This document shows, piece after piece, positions 48,861-55,240 of a stretch of DNA of 58,296 nucleotides (its first letter is position 1; each line of letters opens with the position of its first letter). The notes beneath the pieces are model-generated. The model was given only the letters and a program-made list of their open reading frames with translations, made no database searches and was not told the origin of the DNA. Origin of the DNA: a virus (Duplodnaviria; Caudoviricetes); IMG/VR virus record IMGVR_UViG_3300042889_002114, positions 1 to 58,296 of that record; one strand, 5' to 3'. The position numbers and the translations under genes are program-made.

Positions 48861-48934
48861 TGGGGAATGGTGTAAAGGTAGCATAACTGACTTTGAATCA
48901 GTTGGATCACGTTCGATACGTGGTTCCCCAGCCA
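48861..48934 (+). tRNA. tRNA-Gln(TTG)
   Basis: ACTGA-CTTTGAA-TCAGT; GCCA. Confidence 0.92.
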
Positions 48935-49013
48935 ATAGGCCTTAGAGGATTTAGGGGATTAGGCACCCCACACCGGGATCACGAAAGTGACCGCATCTAC
49001 GGTTCCTCACTAT

Positions 49014-49085
49014 GCTGTTGTGGGGTGGCTCTCACGCTTGGTTGTGTCCCAGGTGGTTTCGGTTCGACTCCGAACAACAGTACCA
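49014..49085 (+). tRNA. tRNA-His(GTG), no G-1, G1:U72, A73
   Basis: CTTGG-TTGTGTC-CCAGG; short D arm; ACCA. Confidence 0.75.
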
Positions 49086-49092
49086 ATATCAT

Positions 49093-49125
49093 GCGTCTAT
49101 AGCTCAATGGTAGAGCCACTGCCTT
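49093..49125 (+). pseudogene. 5' half remnant of tRNA-Gly
   Basis: GCGTCTATAGCTCAATGGTAGAGCCACTGCCTT. Confidence 0.85.
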
Positions 49126-49142
49126 GGTCAACTAAATAGAGT

Positions 49143-49712
49143 ATGATCAAGAAGATATTTAATTGGCCCGAGATCCAAGCTTTTTACGATACTGGTAACA
49201 GTAGCGGAAAAACTGCCAAGCAATTTGGAATGTCAGGTAAAACTTTGTTCCTCGCGGCAAAACGTGGTGATTTTGTTACTCGATCCAGAAGTGAGGCGGC
49301 GACGGTTGGTTCAACAACCCGTCCACCTCATTCTCAGGTCACCAAAGACAAGTTGAGTAAGATTGCTTCCGACAGAGAATTTGGTGGCAAGAACTACCGT
49401 AAAACTTTCCCCTACAAGGGCGTTGTGTTGGAGAGCTCATACGAGCTTGCACTTGCACAAGAACTTGATGGTGAGGGTATTGCTTGGGTGCGTCCCAAGC
49501 GTTTCTACTGGACTGATGACACTGGTAGGCGTAGACACTACACACCAGACTTCTTCCTTCCAGACTACGGGATTTATCTAGATCCCAAAAACGACTACCT
49601 GATCAAGATAGATAGTGATAAGATCAACCGAGTGATGTTACAAAATGACATACGGGTGTTGGTGTTGTCTAAGAGTCAACTGTCCTGGTCATACATTGCA
49701 TCTGTAGTATAG
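49143..49712 (+). CDS. free-standing PD-(D/E)XK (TnsA_N-like) putative homing endonuclease
   Basis: ESSYE...WVRP...YTPDFFLP...YLDPKN; paralogue of the ORF at 44466. Confidence 0.82.
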   Translation: MIKKIFNWPEIQAFYDTGNSSGKTAKQFGMSGKTLFLAAKRGDFVTRSRSEAATVGSTTRPPHSQVTKDKLSKIASDREFGGKNYRKTFPYKGVVLESSYELALAQELDGEGIAWVRPKRFYWTDDTGRRRHYTPDFFLPDYGIYLDPKNDYLIKIDSDKINRVMLQNDIRVLVLSKSQLSWSYIASVV

Positions 49713-49772
49713 TGGCTATTATGTTTGGCTTCCAACCAGAAGATGTGGGTTCGATTCCCACCAGATGCTCCA
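49698..49772 (+). tRNA. tRNA-Gly(TCC), overlapping the endonuclease stop
   Basis: TTTGG-CTTCCAA-CCAGA; TCCA. Confidence 0.92.
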
Positions 49773-49812
49773 AGGAATGGCTAGCAGGGTTCGATCCTCT
49801 CTAGACGCTCCA
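49773..49812 (+). pseudogene. 3' half remnant of tRNA-Gly
   Basis: T loop GGTTCGATCC; TAGACGC-TCCA complementary to GCGTCTA at 49093. Confidence 0.85.
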
Positions 49813-49819
49813 ACTTTAT

Positions 49820-49895
49820 CCTGGCAAAGTCTTTGCGGTGGAGGCGCTGGTTTGTGGAGCCGGATGGCTAGGTTCGAATCCTAGTGCCAGGACCA
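49820..49895 (+). tRNA. tRNA-His(GTG), A73
   Basis: CTGGT-TTGTGGA-GCCGG; ACCA. Confidence 0.85.
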
Positions 49896-49902
49896 AGTTT
49901 AT

Positions 49903-49976
49903 GCGAATATAGCTCAAGGGTAGAGCAGAGCGTTGCCAACGCTCCGATAGGGGTTCGAATCCCCTTATTCGCTCCA
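49903..49976 (+). tRNA. tRNA-Gly(GCC)
   Basis: GAGCG-TTGCCAA-CGCTC; TCCA. Confidence 0.93.
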
Positions 49977-49983
49977 ACACAAT

Positions 49984-50059
49984 GCGGCATTAGTATATTG
50001 GTTGATTGCATCACCTTGCCATGGTGAGAAGATGGGTTCGATTCCCATATGCCGCTCCA
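49984..50059 (+). tRNA. tRNA-Gly(GCC)
   Basis: TCACC-TTGCCAT-GGTGA; TCCA. Confidence 0.9.
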
Positions 50060-50221
50060 AAGACGTTGTACGAAGCAGGGCTGCAAACCCTGAGCGAGAG
50101 GCCTTTAATGCGCGGGACAGTCTATCCCGAGAACTGTGAACAGCTTCACGGCGGGGGCCAAGAACCCCTAGTAGCATAGGAGAGGCGGAGTGGGGTGTGG
50201 ATACCCATTGCAAAGGAATAT

Positions 50222-50297
50222 GTGTAGTTGGTGAAGCTGGAGCTCACATTGGCTTGAAACCCCAAAGAACTAGGTTCGATCCCTAGACTACACACCA
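50222..50297 (+). tRNA. tRNA-Phe(GAA)
   Basis: TTGGC-TTGAAAC-CCCAA (one mismatch); ACCA. Confidence 0.82.
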
Positions 50298-50506
50298 AGT
50301 TCTCCTAGGAGGACGGAGCCTACTTACGCCCTAGGCTCGTAAAATATGGAGACGTTCTGCACTGTGGAGCGTTGGGACCTCGCAGCGCCGGGCGGCCAGT
50401 TCGTAAGGAACAAGTAGCTCATTACCTGGAAGGGGCAGGTTACCGATTATAATGGTTGCGCGTTTCTAGTTGGCAACATAGAGTGCTTTTTTAACAGGAG
50501 CACCAC

Positions 50507-50827
50507 ATGAACCAGCAACAAGGTTTTCTCGCGCACGCCGACGGCACGATTGCCGGACTGAAGTCCCAGCAAGTTGCGATCGAATATCGCAAGACGATCT
50601 GCCCCAAGGACCAAGTCGAGATCCTCGACCTGGACGTGGCGCGCCTGCAACGCGAGATTGACCGGCTGGTCATCATCCGCACTGACGTTGAGTCCAAGCT
50701 GAGCAAGGAAGAGATCGCCCAGTATGAAGCGTCGCGGGTCAAGCCCAAGACGGAACTCGAGAAGCGCGCCGAGATTGAAGAAATGAATCGGCGCATGAAC
50801 GAGAACAAGGACCGGCCGGGGATCTAA
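50507..50827 (+). CDS. hypothetical coiled-coil protein inside the tRNA array
   Basis: AGGAG RBS; 106 aa. Confidence 0.7.
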   Translation: MNQQQGFLAHADGTIAGLKSQQVAIEYRKTICPKDQVEILDLDVARLQREIDRLVIIRTDVESKLSKEEIAQYEASRVKPKTELEKRAEIEEMNRRMNENKDRPGI

Positions 50828-50839
50828 TCCCCTGCCTAT

Positions 50840-50962
50840 GTGAAGGTAGTGTGAGGACGTGCTAGGATGCAGGGGACCGGAAAACTCTGCAGGGGATCAC
50901 GGACGGGATAACACAACGGGGAGGACCCGGAGATGTTGGTTCAAATCCAACCCTTTACACCA
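50840..50962 (+). ncRNA. tRNA-scaffolded GGA-rich RNA
   Basis: Acceptor GTGAAGG/CCTTTAC (G3:U70), canonical T arm and ACCA, enclosing ~85 nt with ten GGA triplets. Confidence 0.7.
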
Positions 50963-50969
50963 ACTACAT

Positions 50970-51071
50970 CGAGAGGTAGTTTAAGGACGCGACGGGGTCG
51001 ACACCAAGCGGACTGGTAAAATGGGCGTGTGAGAACGTCAGATGTAGGCTCGAAACCTTCCCTCTCGGCCA
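50970..51071 (+). ncRNA. tRNA-like RNA with an expanded D loop
   Basis: Acceptor CGAGAGG/CCTCTCG-GCCA; ~25-nt D-loop insert; 6-nt anticodon loop. Confidence 0.6.
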
Positions 51072-51072
51072 T

Positions 51073-51148
51073 GTACCTGTAGCTCAGTTGGTAGAGCAAC
51101 GCACTGAAAATGCGTGTGTCGGTGGTTCGAGTCCACCTAGGTGCACCA
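51073..51148 (+). tRNA. tRNA-Phe(GAA)
   Basis: ACGCA-CTGAAAA-TGCGT; ACCA. Confidence 0.94.
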
Positions 51149-51271
51149 ATACCAAAATCCACCCTTTGAGGTGGCACCCAGGGTGGGTGGTTAACGTGAA
51201 GCGGGGTTCGATGCCCTAAACGATCGGGTTCGACTCCCCTTCGTGCTTGGCTGCAATATCGTTAATGAAAC

Positions 51272-51347
51272 GGGGTATGCTCTGGGTTAAGCGGATTAGT
51301 TTTGCAAACTGATTGTCTGAAGGGTTCGATTCCCTTATATTCCACCA
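51272..51347 (+). tRNA. tRNA-Ala(TGC)
   Basis: G3:U70; TTAGT-TTTGCAA-ACTGA; atypical D arm. Confidence 0.8.
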
Positions 51348-51410
51348 ACGAGCCGAAGACAATGGGTTATCTTTTGCTGATAAACACCCACCGTCATTTA
51401 CTTGCTCGTT
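51347..51410 (+). ncRNA. minimal Y RNA (Ro60-binding stem only)
   Basis: AACGAGC-CGA...GGGTTAT...ACTT-GCTCGTT. Confidence 0.7.
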
Positions 51411-51415
51411 ACCAT

Positions 51416-51490
51416 GGCGCATTAGTTCACTGGCTAGAATACCGCTCTTTCACAGCGGGGAAACGAGATCGATACTCGTATGCGTCACCA
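51416..51490 (+). tRNA. tRNA-Glu(TTC)
   Basis: CCGCT-CTTTCAC-AGCGG; ACCA. Confidence 0.9.
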
Positions 51491-51494
51491 ACAT

Positions 51495-51568
51495 GCTTCT
51501 GCCGGCGGATTCCGGCATTTGGACTTCTAATCCGAAATGCGAGGGTTCGACTCCTTCCAGAAGCGCCA
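51495..51568 (+). tRNA. tRNA-Arg(TCT)
   Basis: TTGGA-CTTCTAA-TCCGA; GCCA. Confidence 0.87.
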
Positions 51569-51606
51569 AGCATTTCATATGCCTCTGATGATGGATTTCA
51601 TACCCC

Positions 51607-51679
51607 GACCTTGCCAACGGATTTTGGCCCCGACGCTTCGAACGTCAGGTATCGAGTTCGACTCTCGACAGGGTCTCCA
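51607..51679 (+). tRNA. tRNA-Arg(TCG)
   Basis: GACG-CTTCGAA-CGTC; TCCA. Confidence 0.82.
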
Positions 51680-51687
51680 ACCATATT

Positions 51688-51759
51688 GTCTCCGCTAGTG
51701 GATCTAGTCTGTTCCCTGCGAAGGAAGAGAAGCCTGTTCGACTCAGGCCGGAGACGCCA
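51688..51759 (+). tRNA. tRNA-Arg(GCG)
   Basis: TTCC-CTGCGAA-GGAA; GCCA. Confidence 0.8.
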
Positions 51760-51766
51760 ATTAAAT

Positions 51767-51840
51767 ACCCGCGCCGAGGGATTGCGGCACAGGCCCTGCG
51801 AAGGCTTGATGTTCAGGTTCGACTCCTGACGTGGGTGCCA
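51767..51840 (+). tRNA. tRNA-Arg(GCG), overlapping the antisense endonuclease stop
   Basis: AGGCC-CTGCGAA-GGCTT; GCCA. Confidence 0.85.
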
Positions 51841-52448
51841 ACTGCATCAAAGATTTCTTGAGGAGTACCGTAGATTAGGTCAACTGATCCTACGAGTGCA
51901 TCAAGTTTCTCTTGTTGTTTTTCAACTACGATCCTGTTCTTAGGATCAAGGTAGAGATTGAATTCTGGTAGATAGAAATCTGCAAAGTATTTGTGTGGTT
52001 TGCCTTTTTGGTCATACCAAACGATTGCATCAGTGGGTCGAAGCCAACTTATGGAATGCTCATTGAGCCACTTAGCAACAATGACTTCCCATCCTGAATC
52101 AAACATCTCTCCCTCGTATTCTTGTTTCTTGACACCTGATGCGTTCTTACGCTTTGACGAAATAAAGCATTGGTCAGAACATAGAAGACCATACCATCCA
52201 CTGTCAGTTCGTTGACTCCAGAATTGATTAGAGCAAAACGAACAGTTGGATCGTTTTATTTTGGTGTGTTGATACTTGGTGGGTTGTTTCCGAATAAAGG
52301 ATCTACCCTTCAAAGATTCAGAAGTTTTTGATTTGCTACTAATGGTTCTAGGTGCTCTGTTTGTATTATTGAATACAGCGGCGCATGAACAAGAACAGAA
52401 TTTGTTCTTGTTGGGAATTGGTTTGGCACAAGTGATACAGTATTTCAT
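51813..52448 (-). CDS. PD-(D/E)XK putative homing endonuclease with N-terminal zinc-finger motifs
   Basis: CxxC...FCS..C twice; DSGWE...WLRP...YFADFYLP...YLDPKN; TAAATA on the minus strand before ATG. Confidence 0.82.
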   Translation of the reverse strand: MKYCITCAKPIPNKNKFCSCSCAAVFNNTNRAPRTISSKSKTSESLKGRSFIRKQPTKYQHTKIKRSNCSFCSNQFWSQRTDSGWYGLLCSDQCFISSKRKNASGVKKQEYEGEMFDSGWEVIVAKWLNEHSISWLRPTDAIVWYDQKGKPHKYFADFYLPEFNLYLDPKNRIVVEKQQEKLDALVGSVDLIYGTPQEIFDAVGTHVRSRT

Positions 52449-52458
52449 GTTGTATTTA

Positions 52459-52498
52459 GCGAAACCGAAAATCTAGGTTCGATCCCTAGTGGAACCGC
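52459..52498 (+). pseudogene. 3' half remnant of tRNA-Arg(GCG) starting at the anticodon
   Basis: GCG-AA-ACCGA-AAAT-CTAGGTTCGATCCCTAG-TGGAAC. Confidence 0.8.
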
Positions 52499-52748
52499 TT
52501 AATCGGAGACACCCACAGGCCCTAGGGCTCGTGACGTGAGCTTGGCGCTAGAGGGCTTACCGCGTGTAGCGGATGAGTCCGGAGTGGGAGTGTGGAAACC
52601 CACCGATTGAAGATACTCCTTGTAAATGACCCTTCCTAGTCCGGTTGCAAACGGACGACGTGGGAGGCAGTTTAGATGAGCGGACTTGCGGCGTTTGGAG
52701 CCGAGGTAGTCTAGGAGCCGGGTGAGGAAACCGGCCTTGGAGCATAAT

Positions 52749-52823
52749 GGGCTGTTAGTGATAACGGTAGCACGGGACAATGGCATTGTCTTAGCAGGGG
52801 TTCGATTCCCCTACAGTCCACCA
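52749..52823 (+). tRNA. tRNA-Ala(GGC)
   Basis: G3:U70; GGACA-ATGGCAT-TGTCT; ACCA. Confidence 0.92.
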
Positions 52824-52836
52824 ACTGATATTCTTT

Positions 52837-52910
52837 GGCCCATTAGTTTAATGGTAGAATACCGCCCTCTCACGGCGTCAGCAGGGGTTCGATTCCCCTA
52901 TGGGTCACCA
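52837..52910 (+). tRNA. tRNA-Glu(CTC)
   Basis: CGCC-CTCTCAC-GGCG; ACCA. Confidence 0.9.
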
Positions 52911-53020
52911 ACTACTACCTCACGGAGGTGGTGCTTTAGAGACGCTCCCGCTTTGTTTGGAGCCAGGGAAACCTGTGGCGGTCTCGGAGGGGAATGTGGA
53001 CCTCCCCAGTAGTTGAATAT

Positions 53021-53096
53021 GGCGCATTAGTTTATAGGGTGAAAATACTGGGCTTTCAATCCGGAGTGGTGGGTTCGATCCCCACATGCGTCGCCA
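53021..53096 (+). tRNA. tRNA-Glu(TTC)
   Basis: CTGGG-CTTTCAA-TCCGG; GCCA. Confidence 0.9.
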
Positions 53097-53189
53097 AACT
53101 TGTTGACACTCTGGAGACAGGGTGTTACATTGATTCTACCAACTAGTCCCTCCCTGTAGCTGTTTCTAGCAACAGAAGGAGATAAGACG

Positions 53190-53450
53190 ATGAAGGTATA
53201 TGTGGTTCTGCACAATAACTGGCAACACTACGAAGGTGGTGGAGCGGAGATTGTTTCGATTCATGCTTCCACGAACTGAGCGTTGGCGGAAGTCAAAGCT
53301 CAGTTCGTGGAACTGAATAAAAATCGCTACTCGTATCAACCCGAGTATGTGATGGTGGATCGTGAAAACGAGTCCGATTGTTGGTACTACCAGGAAACTG
53401 GTGGGGCTGACTATTGGTACTCCATCGAGGAACACAAGATTGAGGACTAG
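53190..53450 (+). pseudogene. small phage protein gene with an in-frame TGA at codon 30
   Basis: TTGACA promoter, AAGGAG RBS; MKVYVV...IVSIHASTN*ALAEVK...YSIEEHKIED. Confidence 0.65.
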
Positions 53451-53653
53451 GAAACTGGTCCTCCGATCTAATACTCTGGTATGCAGTAACCAAAGCATAC
53501 TCCCGCCACACGGGAAACGTGGCCCTGCATGACTCCGGCAATCGGTAGTGGAGGAATTTCATCCCCTTGATGCAAAGGGGGTCGGCACGGGTATGATGGC
53601 ACTCTACGTTAGTGAGCCCATTAGTCGGGTGGGGATGGTACCCCACCCGCTTT

Positions 53654-53731
53654 TCCTAGCTAGTCATCTTGGTGATGGCGCTCCGCTGTTAACGGAGATT
53701 GAGCTCAGTTCGAATCTGAGGCTAGGAGCCA
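53654..53731 (+). tRNA. tRNA-Asn(GTT)
   Basis: CTCCG-CTGTTAA-CGGAG; GCCA. Confidence 0.92.
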
Positions 53732-53773
53732 ATAATATAGACGCCATCGAAGCAGTAATGCTTTACTCTGGAA

Positions 53774-54196
53774 ATGAACTTTCGAGGCGTCAAGGATTCA
53801 ACCTTTGTTTGTGGGTTTTGTGAGAAGTCTTTCTCTTGGAGAGGCTACTCCACCTCCCACAAGTTTTGTTCTACAGACTGTGCTCACTCTAACAGGGTGA
53901 AGATGACTAGAGAACGAGACGACGCGCTCTTCGATACTGGCCAGTTAACAAGTCGGCCATCAATCTACCAAATACTTGTTACCCGTCGTGGTAACAAGTG
54001 TGAGAGTTGTAATATTCAAGACTGGATGGGCAAAGCAATCCGATTTTGGGTCGACCACATTGATGGGTGTGCAACCAATAATGATCCATCAAACTTGAGA
54101 TTGGTCTGTCCCAACTGTGATAGTCAATCTGCCACATTCGGTGGTAAAAATAGAGGTAGTGGCCGTAAGTCCCTAGGGCTTGCGCCATACAGTTAA
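53774..54196 (+). CDS. HNH homing endonuclease
   Basis: CxxC..., CESC...VDHIDG...NN...NLRLVCPNC. Confidence 0.85.
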   Translation: MNFRGVKDSTFVCGFCEKSFSWRGYSTSHKFCSTDCAHSNRVKMTRERDDALFDTGQLTSRPSIYQILVTRRGNKCESCNIQDWMGKAIRFWVDHIDGCATNNDPSNLRLVCPNCDSQSATFGGKNRGSGRKSLGLAPYS

Positions 54197-54201
54197 ACAA
54201 T

Positions 54202-54277
54202 CCCCTCGGACCCAGCTGGTGACGGGAGCCGCTTGTCAGGCGGATGCGGGCGAGTTCAATTCTCGTCGAGGGGGCCA
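54202..54277 (+). tRNA. tRNA-Asp(GTC)
   Basis: CCGC-TTGTCAG-GCGG; GCCA. Confidence 0.87.
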
Positions 54278-54403
54278 ACTTAGAGCCGATTGATTCGGGT
54301 TATCTTTCTGTGAAAAAGCGATGGAGGGTTCGATTCCCTTGCCGGGGCTCACGCCTTGGTCCTTGGATGGCTGGCAACGTCCGGTTCTCCACTTGCTCTA
54401 AGT
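54278..54403 (+). ncRNA. Y RNA (YrlA-like) with a permuted tRNA-like domain
   Basis: ACTTAGAGC-CGA..GGGTTAT..T arm GAGGGTTCGATTCCCTT..CCACTT-GCTCTAAGT. Confidence 0.78.
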
Positions 54404-54407
54404 CTTT

Positions 54408-54488
54408 AGTTCTGTAGCTCAGTGGCCAGAGCATTCCTGTGTATCGCTACGCTGGGAAGGGCCAGAGGTTCGAATCCTCTCAGAACTG
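54408..54488 (+). ncRNA. tRNA-like RNA with an elongated anticodon arm
   Basis: Canonical acceptor, D and T arms; anticodon arm TTCCTGTGTA-TCGC-TACGCTGGGAA; no CCA. Confidence 0.7.
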
Positions 54489-54490
54489 CT

Positions 54491-54635
54491 AAACGGGCCG
54501 ATTTGTAAGGGTTATTGCATATGAAGCCGATGGCGGGAGTTCGATTCTCCCACCCCCGACCAACACGTTAGACCTCCGGGGGTTAGTTTAATGGTAGAAC
54601 AGCGAAAAACGTCCTTGCTACCACTTGCCCGTTTT
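54491..54635 (+). ncRNA. Y RNA (YrlA-like) with a permuted tRNA-like domain
   Basis: AAACGGGC-CGA..GGGTTAT..T arm, loop-closed acceptor ACCCCCG/CGGGGGT, D arm, then CCACTT-GCCCGTTT. Confidence 0.85.
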
Positions 54636-54638
54636 ATT

Positions 54639-54728
54639 GGATAGTAGACCAGGTGGGACCTGGCGGCGCCTGGAAAGCGTCTGGAGCCCTTTACCGGGCT
54701 TGTGGATCGAGACCACTGCTGTCCGCCA
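54639..54728 (+). tRNA. tRNA-Ser(GGA)
   Basis: GGCGC-CTGGAAA-GCGTC; long variable arm; GCCA. Confidence 0.88.
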
Positions 54729-54734
54729 ACTCAT

Positions 54735-54825
54735 GGAGAGTTAAGCAGAGCGGCCTCTGCACCTGCCTCGAAAACAGTGTGTGCCCGTAGAACGGCATGG
54801 GAATCGACATCTCAGCTCTCCGCCA
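54735..54825 (+). tRNA. tRNA-Ser(CGA)
   Basis: CTCGAAA loop with an imperfect stem; long variable arm; GCCA. Confidence 0.78.
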
Positions 54826-54831
54826 ATAAAT

Positions 54832-54936
54832 GGGCCAGAACCCTGTGGACTTAGATCCACTTACCGTGAAAGTCGGTGGAGGTATGGAGACGGGAGTAGC
54901 TCTCCCATGCGGGTTCAAATCCCCACTGGTCCACTA
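54832..54936 (+). ncRNA. atypical tRNA-like RNA
   Basis: Acceptor GGGCCAG/CTGGTCC, T loop TTCAAAT, three internal hairpins, no standard anticodon loop. Confidence 0.55.
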
Positions 54937-54942
54937 AACCTT

Positions 54943-55029
54943 GGATGGTTAAACGGGGAGGTCCCCGTACCTGTTTGCTAAACAGTGGGTGCCGAAAGGC
55001 ATGGGTTTCGAGTACTCAGCCATCCGCCA
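54943..55029 (+). tRNA. tRNA-Ser(GCT)
   Basis: CTGT-TTGCTAA-ACAG; long variable arm; GCCA. Confidence 0.85.
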
Positions 55030-55139
55030 ACGTACGAGCCGACCGAGAACGAAACCATCGTCCGGAACCTCGGTCTAATCCCGGTCAACCCTAGCAAGCT
55101 ACTAGGGCGAAGGGGGTGCTCGTACGCCCAATACATCAT

Positions 55140-55213
55140 CAGGGTGTAAGATAGTGGTAGTCGCGAACCCTCGGACGGTGCGAGTGCTGGTTCGATTCCA
55201 GCTACCCTGACCA
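55140..55213 (+). tRNA. tRNA-Pro(CGG)
   Basis: CTCGGAC loop; C1:G72; ACCA. Confidence 0.85.
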
Positions 55214-55240
55214 CTGACTAAGTATCGAACTAAATAGAGT

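Noticed and set aside
50840-50962. tmRNA
   Set aside because: It has G3:U70 and a T arm, but is only 123 nt with no recognisable tag frame or pseudoknots.
53190-53450. Genome-wide stop-codon reassignment or selenocysteine
   Set aside because: TGA, TAG and TAA all end well-supported genes, and no suppressor or Sec tRNA was seen.
53654-54277. HNH gene at 53774 as another replacement cassette
   Set aside because: The flanking tRNAs differ (Asn, Asp); there is no clear half-tRNA and no TAAATA at the start.
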